Below are positions 42,076-58,845 of a stretch of 64,000 bases of DNA, one piece after another. Each line of letters starts with the position of its first letter. Position 1 is the stretch's first letter. The translations under genes and the position numbers were made by a program. The notes under the pieces are model-generated. The model did no database searches. It saw nothing but the letters and a program-made list of their open reading frames with translations, and was not told where the DNA came from. Origin of the DNA: the human T2T-CHM13v2.0 reference genome, Homo sapiens; the NCBI RefSeq assembly GCF_009914755.1, contig NC_060928.1, one strand, 5' to 3'.

Positions 42076-42554
42076 ATAGGCCAGAGAATGGATTTGAGAG
42101 AGAGCCCTCACTTCAAGGTCTACGTTTCTAACACTGCTTCCAACTGAAGAGGTTAAGGGGCTTCAGGGGGAGAGGATATTCTTTGTCTTTCACTCAGATT
42201 TATTTTATATTCTATCTTCTCTTTCATTCACATATTTGTTCATTCACTCACCTATGGGTCATACACTACTCCAGGCTCTTTAAATACAGGCTGTGCAACA
42301 TATATACTCTCCCACCTCCTCTTCCTAGAAGGAGACTAGACATGAAACAATATCTCACAAATAACCATAAAATTACAAAGTAGTATTCAAAGCAATTCTT
42401 TTTGAATATAGTCAAAATACTTTTTAAAAAAGCAAAAATCTGGGTTAAAGTTGATTGTGAGATGACAAAAGAAAACCATGCCTTAAAGTAATAATAGCAG
42501 GTAATACCTAGAATGTTGTTTATTGCTTATTGTCAACATTATAAGAGATACCTA

Positions 42555-42762
42555 CACTGGTAGACTGGTAAATGTTAACAAGCAGCTCTCCAAGTTAAAA
42601 AGACCTTGCTTTGTAATGTTAGCTAATTTTTCTGATGTAAATACTCCTGACAGAGCCAATTTCAAAACTACCAACACAATATCAATGAATGTGGAGTTCA
42701 GAAGAGATGTACACAATCAGCTCTCGTGGGCTGGTACAAACTAGCACAAGCATACCATTGGC
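42555..42762. mobile_element. MER63-like hAT element
   Basis: cactggtagactggtaaatgttaacaagcagctctc... gcataccattg. A related copy lies near 60762-60930. Confidence 0.5.
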
Positions 42763-43554
42763 TATCTGATAATGTTCAAATAAATGATAACTGAAAAGAA
42801 TTCCAACTTCCATACATATTTTATTTATTAATTTTTGTTTTGTTTTCTCTTCTATTATTTCTTTGTTTCTGAATCATTTTCTTTATTCTTAACAGAATAG
42901 TTGGGGGAAGGGAAGTTTGTGTTTTATAGATGACTCATCTTTCATCTCTTTCCCTGCACTGCTCTCATAAACTTGTGGTGTTTTGCAACAGCATGAAATT
43001 GCCTCTTTACTCTTTCCTGCTCTATCTCTTCTTTTGTCCTTATTTATGACATAAGCTTGCCAGAAATGTCCTTGATCATGGCTGAGCCACACTGATCACA
43101 ATGTTCTAAGTTATAAAACTAATTTCCACTGTAGGAACATTTCTTGAGCAGTTACCATGTGCTAGGTACTGATCTAATAAGCATTAACACCGTCAACTCA
43201 TAGACTGTCTTGACAACACTAAAAGATAGGTGATATTATTATTTCTGCTTGTATGAGGGATAAATGAGGAATAAAGTAACTTGTCCAGGGTCATGTGTAT
43301 ATCCAGTAAGGGATGAAGACAAATAGTCTGGCTCCAGAGTCTGTGTTTGTAACCACTATGGAAATGCATCCCCCAAATCCCAGGTTTTCCACAATTAGTG
43401 TAGAGAATAGGCCTTACAAAGGAAGTAAGTATTCAAGGTGTTTCAATGGTTTGGAAGCACCAATATGACCTCTTTTAAATTGCTTCATTACCTGCCAGAT
43501 TAATAGAACTCTATTCTCTACCTATACATATGTTTAGGTTTGGAAGACAGCTGA

Positions 43555-44182
43555 TGTGATGGTTAATACTGTCAACTTGATTGGATTGAAGGATGCAAAG
43601 TACTCTCCCTGGGTGTCTTTGTGAGGGTGTTGCCAAAAGGGATTAACATTTGAGTCAGTGGACTGGAAAAGGCAGACCCACCTTTAATCTGGTGGGCACA
43701 ATCTAATCAGCTGCCAGTGAATATAAAGCAGGCAGAAAAAACTTGAAAAGGCGAGACTGGCCCAGTCTCCCAGCCTGCATCTTTCTCCCATGCTGGAAGC
43801 TTCCTGCCTTTGAACATCAGACTCCAAGTCCTTCAGTTTTGAGACTCGGACTGGCTCTCCTTGCTCCTCAAGCTTGCAGACAGCCTATTGTGAGACCTTG
43901 TGATTGTGTAAGTTAATACTTAGTAAACTCATATATATATGTGTGTGTGTGTGTATATATATGTGTATATATATATATGTGTGTGTATATATGTGTGTAT
44001 ATATGTGTGTATGTGTGTGTGTGTGTATACGTGTGTGTATATATATATTTGTGTGTATATATGGGAGTGTATATATATATATAGGAGTGTGTGTGTGTAT
44101 ATGTGTGTGTGTATGTGTGTGTGTGTATATATATATCTCTCTCCTATTAGTTCTGTTCCTCTAGGGAACCCTGACTAATACG
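43555..44182 (+). mobile_element. MLT2A-family (HERVL) solo LTR with expanded (TG/TA)n tract
   Basis: tgtgatggttaatactgtcaacttgattggattgaaggatgcaaagta...gaaccctgactaatac. Flanks gctga / gctta. Confidence 0.9.
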
Positions 44183-45849
44183 GCTTATTATCACCATTTT
44201 CCTTCTTTTCTATATCTCATCTCTGTAACTTGCATGTGACCCTGCTCCTTTCCCACCTCGTTTTTCTAAACACTATTATTTTTTTCAGATCTTATTGGGG
44301 TAACATTTCTCAAACATTTTTTGAGCAACAGAGTTCCTCTATTATGAGTTAGTAATCTCTGCACATAACACAGTCCAAAATTAAAATTTATTGTATACAA
44401 TGAGTACACGACAAATTTGCTTTCAGTAACTGTGTTTACTACAGTAACAAAAACAGTCAGAGAGCTATGTAGCCCTAGGCAGAAATCATATATAAGATGA
44501 TAGTGATTCTGCTCTGTCACCACTTACACCTTTCAGTGTAATCTAATGTAAAATGGTTTGCCTTTGTCATAGGCTCACCTACATACAGACATTACAAGAT
44601 GGATAAAAACTTAGTACTTTCTTAGAAGCTAACCACAGGTAAATCATTTTTTCATTTAGTTGTGTTCCTTATAAATTGCAAACACCGATTCTTCCAGTTT
44701 AGTATCCCAATTCTGAGAGCTGGCTAGAACAAAGCATTATCACTTCGATGGACCAGGATTATGATACTGCTGAGTTCTGATGGGTTTAATTTTTTTTTAG
44801 GTCAACTGTGCTTGCCTGGTTCCCCTGGGTAGCCTGACTCCCCTGATAGTAGTGGTTTTGACCATGATCATCTCACACACACACGTATCCAAAATTTTTA
44901 CTACAGTAATGCTCTTTGATATTTTCTATTCCACTGTATTTCCATTTTGTAAAACTGCTAATATTGACTCACCAAATGACTTCATGACTCATTCATGGGT
45001 TGCAACTCTTACTTTGAAATTCACTGCCTCAGTAGTGTTGCCTCTGCTGCAAAATGAAGCTCAAACTCCTTAACACAGCACTAGAAAGTTCTTCAGAATC
45101 TGCATCTTCCCTTTCTTTCCAACTTTATTTCTCACCACATCCCCTCTGAATGCCAAACTCCAGGCATACAGAACTATTCACATTTTCCAAAAAGCTTGTT
45201 GTCTCTCCCCAAGCACCTTCCACAACATACACTGTGTGCTGTTCGCCCTTGCATCCCTAGTTCAACATAGTGCCTAGCATGTGTTAGGCATTTAATAAAT
45301 GTTAGTTAAATGAGCAAGTGAATGAGGAAATGAACAAATGACAAAAATGCTATGAAAATCTATTCAGAAGAATGTACTGTTACAATAATATCTCACAGAT
45401 GTAACTCTGAAAATCCAGCCACACGCTACAGAAACGAGAAAAAGCACTCAATTTCCCTGATTATAATTAGAGAAATTTGTAATTTCTGGAAACCAGGATA
45501 AATAGTTTCACAAAGACCATATTTACTTTGAGGAAAATTTCACTCATTCAATTTGAATCAGATGGATCCAGTCTTCAATAGATAAAGCAGACAAGTAAAA
45601 GTGATAGTGTATTACATTCTGCACCCTCCTTGGTATAATGATGATGTGGAAGTTAAGCTTTACTGGCATAGAGTCCTGATTACTGTAGCAACTACTTCTA
45701 TGATATTATAGATAATCAGAGAGAGATACGCAGCCATGGTCTATTTGCTAATAAAAAGTGCTCAGTGGTGGCCTACCACTACTGGCCAAAATAATCTATC
45801 CCGTGTTCCTCAGAAGCAAAAGTGGAACACAGCAATGATATATTTTAGG

Positions 45850-46010
45850 CCACTAGGTCTCAAACTTTATTGAACATATGGACCACTTAGGGAATTTTGT
45901 TAAAATGCAGATTTTGATTCAGTAGGTCTGTGATGAGGCCTGAGACGATTCTGAAAAAGTTCCAGGTGATGCTGATGCTGCGTGTCCATGGACCAGGCTT
46001 TAAACAGCAC
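45850..46010. mobile_element. MER5A-like hAT MITE
   Basis: ttgttaaaatgcagattttgattcagtaggtctg...ccaggtgatgctgatgctg. Confidence 0.7.
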
Positions 46011-46744
46011 GAAAAGTTCACAATAGATTGAAGAATTCCTGTTGCTCCTAAGGAACAATATTTCCCAGACCAAAATATTTTTTTCACGAGGTAACTAGGC
46101 CGCAAGTTTGTAGTATGACAACTTAACCTAATGACATGTAGTGCTGGAAGCAAAACCATTTAATAAAAGGAACGGCCTCTTCCTTCCTTTGCCCACTCCC
46201 AACACTGCTCCTGTTCCCTTTTCAAATTACAAAGAACCAGTACTATTTATTCTAAAATAAGATATCTTCCAGTTGCCAGTGAAGCAACCACTTTTTATTT
46301 ACCTCCATATAAGGAACTTTTTAAAAACAATAACTGCAATTGTCTGCAATATTCTATATTGCTGCTACCCAGAGCTAAAACATGTTGAAAGATGTGTGAA
46401 AGCCATGCAGAGCCCACACAGCTCAGTATATAATTCTGGCTCATCAGCCTCTCACCTAATGATTTTTGTTAGAGATTTTCTTAAGGTTTTTTAATGAAAG
46501 ATAAGGAAATCCCATTCTCACAGAGTCAGCTTCCCATCTGTCAGTAACATCTGTAAATCAAGATTTTCTGACCATAATAGAACAATATGGCTGGTTTTCT
46601 TTTAGTTCTCTTTCTTTTTTAAAAGCATTTTTTTTCTATGTACCTTTATCCAGGAAGAGGGGGAAAAAGTGGGGAAAGGAGACAATGTATGCAGCTGCTT
46701 TCACTATAAAGTCTTTCTTTGGCATGTTGACGTAAGAAAGGCAA

Positions 46745-47100
46745 AATCCCAGCAAGTTATTTTCTGGACATCAACAAACTGATTCTAAAGTTTATATGGA
46801 GAGGCAAAAGACCAGGAATAACTAACACAAAATTGAAAAAGAAAAATAAAGTTGGAAGGCTGACACTACCCAACTTCAGACTTATTTTAAAGCTACGTTA
46901 ATCAAGATAGTGTGGTATTGGGGAAAGAACAGATGAATAGATCAATAGAATAGAATAGAGAGCTCAGCAATCACATAAATATAATAAACTAATCTTTGAC
47001 AAAGGAGCAAGACAATAAAATGGAGAAAAGATAGCCTTTTCAACAAATGGCACTGAAACAACTGGACTTCCACAGGAAAAATAAAAGAATCTAGACACTA
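46745..47100 (+). mobile_element. Old L1 ORF2 fragment
   Basis: gattctaaagtttatatggagaggcaaaagacc...tttgacaaaggagcaa. Confidence 0.8.
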
Positions 47101-47359
47101 CGAGAAAGACCACTTAAAAAGAAGTCTGCCTAGGATAAAAGCAAATCCAATTTAGATAACTAACCATACTTATCTGACATGAAATACCCATTATTGTTAT
47201 TGAAATAAACTTGTAAATATATCATGCAGAGCTGTTCTTTCAAAAACTTCAGGCTTTCATAGATAAATGTAAAAGAAACAATTTAACCTCTCTGGAGTCC
47301 ATGCAAGCCTAGCACATTTTGCATCCTCCAGAGATTTCTTAAAGAAGAAGCCAAAACTA

Positions 47360-47657
<298 letters not shown>

Positions 47658-48664
47658 GAAGGAACCAAAACTATATAACCCGTCACATGTCAATCATGCT
47701 GGCCTAAAGCACTGCCCTTCCTTACCAACCCTGCTGAAGCAGAGGTCTCATGTGCATCACATGAACCATCATTGCTACAAAATAGCCTTGCCATAATTCT
47801 AATTATTTTAGGTTCCCCCAGCCCTTTTCCAATTGAACCATACTGGACCCCAAATCTAGGCCAACAAGGTTCCTTCTTTCTCTTTGGAAAAAGAATAAGG
47901 AAATACAATGAAGGTAGAGTTAGGAAATGAATTTAAAAGGATATATAGAAAAGCCATATGGTAAGAGTAAGAGTGAGGGGCCACAGGGACTATGAGAAAG
48001 TAGAAAACCTGAAGACAAGTTAGTATAACAGGGCTAAAATTTATTAATGTATGAGTTTTCCTAGCTTCTTTCTCTCTTCCACCCTTCACTCTTTCACTAA
48101 GAGAAAGCCTTGCTGAATATTTCCCTGTACTGGCCATTTAATTATCCAGATTGTGGGGAATATCAGGATGGGATAGTTGCATGAATAAGACTGAATTGAA
48201 GGAGAAAGAGAGAGAGGCAGAACAGAAATAAAGGGAATGGTGAAGAAGGGAAAAAGAGAAAAGCCTGCACTGGAGTGGAGAAAAGCAACCAGACAGCGAG
48301 AAAGTCTAAATGATAACTGGCTGAAGTTATCATTTTCATAATCAAGTCATAATCAAGTCAAGGAACATTCAGCTGGGGTCAGACTGGGAACTTGCCACAA
48401 AAGGGTTGAGGGAGCTTGAGGTCCTGCGTTACAAGGGCAGGAATCAGTAGGATGGCTCTGTATGAATACTGGTGTGGTAACATCATGCCTACAGTCCAGG
48501 GTGGCCTGGAAAAACACTCTACAATTGGGCATGTCTTTCAAAGCATGAGCCTTGCAAAGCATGAAAGAGTTTTGTGGAATGTTACCGAATGTAACAGAAA
48601 AAACTTGAATGGAATGAGAGAAAGGGGTTCTAAGACATGTTAATTGAAATGTCTAAAAACTTTT

Positions 48665-49023
<359 letters not shown>

Positions 49024-49534
49024 TTAGTGCTGGTCACTGGACTAAATTTCTTTGAGTTTGACACTGTACCTAGCCTGGTCTTTCTGGAGTACTAGGATGT
49101 ATTCAGCCTACAAGAGTAAAGGGAAAGGTAGAGGATATGAGATAGTAAAAACATAGAATAAACCAAAAGATTAACCACCATAGCAGTAAAAAGCAATTCG
49201 ATTTAATAAGCAGGTCTTTGTTTACTACTGGAGAGAAGTAGAGTCACATTCATGGCCCAGCCCTGGAGATTCAGGAATTCTTTATGCTGAGCTCCATACA
49301 GCTGTTTTTTGGGGTTCCATTTAAGTCTCCATGAGACCTACTAGTTACTGTCTTTAAATTTAAAAGAGATCCCTCTCTTCATCATTGCTACAAAATAGCC
49401 TTCCCATAATTCTAATTATTTTAAGTAAGTTGAATCTTTTTTCTTGCAAAACTACAATATTCACAAAAGATAAATACAATCTCATCCTTATACACAACAC
49501 AAAAAAGGAATATAACTGATTCCTAAAAAGCTGT

Positions 49535-49795
49535 GGGCGGATCATGAGGTCAGGAGATCGAGACTATCCTGGCTAACACAGTGAAACCTCGTCTCTGCTA
49601 AAAATACAAAAAAATTGGCTAAGCATGGTGGCAGGCGCCTGTAGTCCCAGCTACTCGGGAGGCTGAGGCAGGAGAATGGTGTGAACCTGGGAGGCAGAGC
49701 TTTTAGTGAGCCGAGATCGCGCCACCGCACTCCAGCCTGGGCAACAGAGCGAGACTCCATCTCAAAAATAATAAATAAATTAATTAATTAATTAA
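49535..49795 (+). mobile_element. 5'-truncated AluY-like
   Basis: Starts at gggcggatcatgaggtcaggag. Tail merges into an AT run. Confidence 0.9.
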
Positions 49796-49796
49796 A

Positions 49797-49945
49797 TTAT
49801 ATATATATTATATATAATATATATTATATATTATATATATTATATATTATATATATTATATATTATATATTATATATAATATATATTATATATATTTTAT
49901 ATATTATATATTATATATATTATATATATAATATATATATATAAA
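49797..49945. repeat. About 150-nt pure A/T (TA)n-like low-complexity tract
   Basis: tatatatattatatataatat... Confidence 0.95.
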
Positions 49946-50539
49946 ACTAGTGTCATCTCTTTCCCAGAAATCACTGTTTGGATCAGGTTCATATTGACAC
50001 TTAGATTTTGATCCAGTAAAATTCATCATAATAAGAATAAATCCTTTATTGTTTGTAGACATTACAGTAAAGAATTTTTTTAAAACCAAGCATGTAGTTT
50101 TATCTGTAGAATAGCTTCATGGTTACTTTTACACTTGAGCCAATACAGACTTCTATGAATATGTATATATATTAGGGGCCTCTGCATTAGTAGACTTGCG
50201 GGCTGGGTTACTTATAGTCAGTGTGCAAGAGTCAATTTTCACAAAGATCTATGAGGAAAAGATCATGGCAGACTTTCACTACAAAAATTTGTCTTCCAGG
50301 TCTCAAACTAGTACCTGAGTTCGAGGGGTGGAACTGCTGAAGGCACCCCTGCACAAACAGGGCCAAAGCAGGTGGTGAAGCATAATTCACTGCAGAAAGT
50401 GAAATTCTTCCCCGTCAGTATAACCAGTGTGGTTAAAAACCCAACACTGAAGCAGACTGGTTGGGTCAAAGCCTGGCACCAGTATTTCCAGTCTATATGA
50501 GCTTGGGCATTTTACTTACTATAAAAAATTAAGATTTTT

Positions 50540-51022
50540 TTTTAAAGGCTACAAATTCCATTACTTTCTGTGAGCTCTCTAAAACATGATTTTGCCACTT
50601 GTCACATCAAGTGGAGGAATCTGTTTCCCTATTCTTTGAATCTGGGCCAGTGATGTGACTTGCTTTATCACAGAAGTAACATTTGTGTGACATTCAATCC
50701 TAGGTCTTGAAAGATTCTGGTGCTTCTATTCTCTCTCTCTCTTTCAGAATATGGTGCCTCCACACAAAGAATTCTGGGTATCCAACCGAAAGAGGAAACC
50801 ATGTGGGACAGGGATGGCCTGGCCCTTGCTGAGGTCACCAGTTAAAACAATGAGCCCCTATGAGGTCACCAGATAGATGTAGCACTGAGAGTGAACAAAG
50901 TGAGACTAGCAGAAGAACCATCCAGATGAGCCAACCTGAAATTGCTGACCTGTAGAATCATGAATGATTCTTTAATCACCTAAATTTTTTGTGATTTGCT
51001 GTGCAGAATAGCTAATTAATAC
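50540..51022 (+). mobile_element. MLT1-family LTR splitting a MIR
   Basis: attgctgacctgtagaatcatg...gcagaatagctaattaataca. MIR-like halves at about 50425-50520 and 51025-51100. Confidence 0.6.
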
Positions 51023-52143
51023 ACTAACACCTCTCTGAGCCTCCATTTTCTCATCTGTAAAATGAGGATAATATTATATTTGGCACATAGTAAGCTCTAT
51101 GTTAAGACTTTGGTATCCATTTTCATATTATTATTTCCACTTCTCTGCAGTGCATAGCAAGGCTCTAAGTGCCCAGGATTGCCCAGATCTCAGCAAGTCT
51201 GCACCAGCATCACAGGAAAGTCAAAGGACAATATTCATACACCTGCCATCATTGTTTCACGGTCACTCTCACCCTGGTGTCCAAATTGAGGTGCCGTCAT
51301 GTACCTCTTTAGGCTATGAACTAAACAGCAAGAATGTCAACAAGATAACTGGCTGCACATGTCCATTAACAAGGGAGGTTCCGCTGGGGTGGGATAGGGA
51401 GTCAGGCACACAGGGGTTGAGAAAAGTTGTCTTAAATTACGAGACAGAGGCAGGGGACAGTGGGACCGCTTCCTAGGAACATTGGTGTTGCAACATTGTG
51501 CCCACAGTCTGGGTGGCCTGGAAAGACACATGAGCCTTGAAAGGAACTACAAAATCAGCTTCAGTCCCAACAAATTTTTTTTAACACCACTTTATCCTCC
51601 TCTAGAGATGTATTATTGCTTCTGAAATAAATGAAAGCAGCACCCTTTTCTGTTTTCTGAGTACAAATGATTAGTTTGAATCCTCATAGTTTGAGCATAA
51701 AAGTAATTCTTTTCATGTAAATTGTATTTATGTGAAATAACTACTTTATTGTATTTTATCATAAATAAACTATAATGGACCTGGTTTTTACAGTTGCTTT
51801 GTAAAAGTACACACCAAATATATTTGAGATATTACTAACAGTGCAACAAGTTTTTAAAAAGTTCTCTAATGTCCTTATTGTCTCTAAAATTATTCTACAC
51901 ACAAATGTAGCTAACACTTTAAGTAGCAGAACTTCGAATATGTGAACAACAATTATAGTTTCCTTTCTTTGGATACCCTCTAGGTGCCTGGTCCTTTTGA
52001 CACCTGGGGTCATTCATTGTCACAGCAACACTGTAAGGTGGGAATAAGTTTTCCTAAGTTTACATATTAGGACACCAAAGCAAAGAGAAATTAATACCAC
52101 AGTCAAACATTATCTTTGCCAACCTACAACATTTGCAGATTTT

Positions 52144-54923
<2,780 letters not shown>

Positions 54924-56661
54924 ACGTTTACAGATTTTAAATGCATCTCAATCCCACAGGAAATTTTTTTAAAACGTTAACATATTTTCATACATGTATT
55001 AAAGGGGACTTTAAAATGAGATTGCATAAATGAAAATATGTAAATACTATATGCTTCATAGAGAAATCAAATGGGAAGTAAGAAGAACTAGATATGCATT
55101 ATATGCATTAATATTTTTGTGAAAATAAAGCTTGATCTAAAACCTGTATCTTTGTCATATTTTCTGCCACCACATCAACCACTGGGGGGCAGCATCAAAC
55201 ATTATTTTATAACTTCTCTCCTTGGTCTTCTAATAGGGGAAGCTTTAATGCCAGGCCATGTAACTTATAATCTAGTTAATACAAACACTAATAAAGGATG
55301 GAACAGGATTAGAACCCAATATTGTTTGATTCCACAATCCATGTTTGTTTTCACAGCATCTAACTGTTTCTCTATCCTTCTATTTCTCCCAGGATGTAGG
55401 AACATGCTGTCTTTTAAGATTTCTATTACCCTGAATAGCCTACAATCTCTCTGATATGACAGTAAATGTGTTTCTCCAAAACCAAGCTACAGGTAGGACT
55501 AATTTAGTTTTGCAAAGACAGATAAAAACAATAAGCACTTACTTAATTACTTCGGAATTCATCCTTAAGAATCTTTAGTTTTAAGACATAAAATGAAACA
55601 AATAGTATAGCTTCTGCTGAATTTTTCTTAAAGGCACAGACTGAGAGGGAACTGCCAATATCAACTTCTAGAACCCCGTTCACTGACCTTTCAATAATTC
55701 CTTAGCAGAGGGAGAAGGCATATGTCCACTACTAGAAGGAATTGGCAGCCTGGAAGTTGGTCCACTGGGGAGTATATATCAATAAATGAGATGGGAGCAG
55801 CAGAGGGAGATCCCAGCACTCCATCCCAGACCAGGAAAGGCAGACAAGGAAGAGCCACTCAGAACTCTGGTTCAGCTTGGTCCTGAGAAACCTAGTGCAG
55901 GGCTTGGCCTTATGGGAAGACATATGATCGGGGAGCTTTAGTCCCTGTAAGTTGACTCACTCCACTAGACATAAATGGCCAACTCTGCTAAACATATCTA
56001 CCCTGAGTACCTTCCTATGGAAGAACTTCATGCTAAGCAGTCAAGCCTTTCCAAGGGGCTTAGTGGCTAACAGGGTCCCAAGTGTCACTACTACAGTTGT
56101 TAGCTTGTCACACTTCCATTGATTCAGTTAGTAAGGAGACAATGAGCATCAATGGATTCAGGAAGTTTATTACTTGCACAGATGCCAAAGGCAAGATCAA
56201 CACAGGAAGACACTGAGCCTTGAAGAGCAAGATGACTGACAGTATGGGCAATGGGTTGCCTTGCTGGGGAGGAGCAACCCTTAAACCACGGCCAAGAAAT
56301 TGTACAGACTTACACAAAAGACTGTAGCTGAACCTTAAGTGGGAGCAAGGTGGGGAGAAAGGAGGGAAGTCTTACACTCAACGGAAACCAAACGGGAGAT
56401 AGATAAGAGAAGGTCAGTCTCCCACAAGACAGGGATAAGAAACTGCCTCACAGTGGCTCCTCAATAGGCTTTTCTTCCTGCTGTAGGGGGTATCTCTGGG
56501 TGTTTGAATAGGAGTGACGATGGCGCTCCCTGAGGTGCGTGATTAGTTCTATGGGTAAGACAGCAAGGCCAAACTGGCTAGAATCCTTCCAGAATTTTCT
56601 GCAACTACCGGGAAGTATTCTCTCTCATTTCCTGAGATAAAAAGTTTTATTTTTTGTTCTA

Positions 56662-57105
56662 GAATTTTTTATTGTGGTAGAATATATCTAACATAAAATT
56701 TATGATTTTAGCCATTTTTAAGTGTATGATTCAGTGGCATTAATCACATTCACAGTGTCGTGCAATGAACACCACTATCTGTTTCAAAAACTTTTTCATA
56801 ACCCCAAACAGAAATCTAAGCATTAAGCAATAACTCCCCACTCTGCCCTCCCCATAGCCCCTGGTAACACTAGTACCTTTTCTGTCTCTATGACTTTGCT
56901 TATTCTAAATAGTTCATGTAAGTAGAATCACACAACATTTGTCCTCTTGTGTCTGGCTTATTTAACTGAGCATAATGCTTTCAAAGTTCATCCATGTTGT
57001 AGTAAGTATCAGAACTTCATTCCCTTTCATGCCTGAGTGATATTCCACTGTGTGTATACACAGCATATTTTGTATATCCATTTTTCCATCGATGGACACT
57101 TGGTT
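56662..57105 (-). mobile_element. L1MB-type 3' end
   Basis: ttttttattgtggtagaatatatctaacataaaattt...gatggacacttggtt. Confidence 0.8.
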
Positions 57106-58684
57106 TGAGACAGGGAGTTTTAAAGAAAATGTAAGCTTATAGCTCCTGGGGTCATCTTTCACACTTGGGCAAAAGACAGCTCTAGAATGAAACCACAACA
57201 CAGAGGGAAGTGGAGCTGGCCGCCGAGGGGGAGGATGATCACTGTTGAAGACCTTAATCCAGTTATGCCTAAAACCAGCCCTAACTCTGACCTTTTCAGT
57301 TGCAGAGGTAGAATATTTCCTTTTTTTTCTTAAGGTAATTTAAGTTGGGCTTCTCTTCCCACAAACAAGAATCCTAATAAATCAACAACTTATCAAAGAA
57401 TAGTTATGTTTTAGAAAAGCAAACTAAAAGGGAATTCATTTTATGCCTCCTAAGTGCACAGTGAAATATTTAAAACTTTCTTACTGCTAAATCCTTGTCA
57501 TTATTTTAAATGTAAACTGTTCTTGTCCTAAGTAGAGAGAATCTTTTACATAAATGCTGTTGCTGTTACTGCCACTCTCTCACCTACCAAAAAAATTTAG
57601 TGACCTACAGCATCTTTTCTTCTCAAAGTGTGCACGTAATTGATTCTAGGAAAGATCAACCAGAGGCTGTCCACAGCATAATTCCTGACTTTATTTCCAA
57701 ACTACTGTTGCTGTTGGACCTCTGTTTAATTTACATCTTTTTTAATACTTCCTTATTTTAAAAAGACTATTCTTCATCAATAACTTTTATCATTTCTGTT
57801 GACTTTTTAAGCCCCACAATACTGTTGATTTTACACCAATCTTACCATACGTAAATTTCCCCAAGAACTCTAAAATTTCTGAAATATCATAGAAAAAAAT
57901 TATATAATACATGTAACTGATGTTTTCTAGTCACTGATTGAATAATAAAATGGGACCGAAGAAGTTCCAGGTTAAGCTCTCTGTTCTGAATTGGCCCTCA
58001 AAATTAAGATCTTTTCACTAAATGAAGTTCAACAACCTCCTTTAATTCATTTCACAATGTATCAGCTCTCAATCTCTAAAAACACACCCTAACATTTCAT
58101 GTTGTGTACAGTGAGTGCTTTCTTTCTCTCCCTCCTTTCCTTCCAGTTAAATCCTTTCATTTTTCATATAAAGTCATGCAAAATTCTAATTCTTAAAAAG
58201 AGAGACAGGAGCTGTTATAATGAAGCTTGGAGCTTCGCCTACTACCATTCTATTACCTGCCCACATCCGCTGTGGCCCTGGGCAAAATAGACTGAAAAAC
58301 CTTTGTGGTGAGGTGTGCTAATTTATAACTAAAGTTCTATTCTCCAGGCAAGAGAATAATTCTTCTTATATTTCTTTGTATGTCTTATATTCCAATCTTT
58401 TCACCATTTTTGAATCCTTTCCAAATTCATCTTGAAAGACTCTAAAAACGTTAAGGGCTTTAGTAAAGACGCAATAGGCTGCAGAAAACGGAAGAATTGC
58501 CTCTGAGCTCCTTGTTGGACTCCAGTTAATATAATCTACTTTTGCATTTTCTAAGCATTCTGACTGCCATTGCTATTTTTTAAATATATAATAGCTATAT
58601 TGAGCTGGTACATGGGGTAGGCACTACACTTTTTTAAAAAGTGTTTACATCTATTATTTCTTTTAATCTTCATATCAGCCTGAG

Positions 58685-58845
58685 TCCTGGAGCTGTCAGC
58701 ATTTACACTACATCAATGATTTTAAATCTTGGCTGCAAATTATAACTTTTCTAACTTGGGGAACTCCTGGTGCTGTCAGCATTTACACTACATCAGTGGC
58801 TTTCAACTTTGGCTGCAAATTATAACTTTTCTAACTTTGGGAACT
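58685..58845 (+). repeat. 80-bp tandem duplication (2 copies) overlapping the left end of a MER5-like element
   Basis: tcctgg(a/t)gctgtcagcatttacactacatca...ttggctgcaaattataacttttctaactt(g/t)gggaact starts at 58685 and 58765. Confidence 0.92.

Noticed and set aside
43904-44178. Cys/Val/Tyr-rich ORFs
   Set aside because: Translations of the TG/TA microsatellite in the MLT2A LTR.
51099-51476. 125-aa ORF (also 12443..12778, 55119..55454)
   Set aside because: No recognisable domain, homology or exon structure. Expected by chance.
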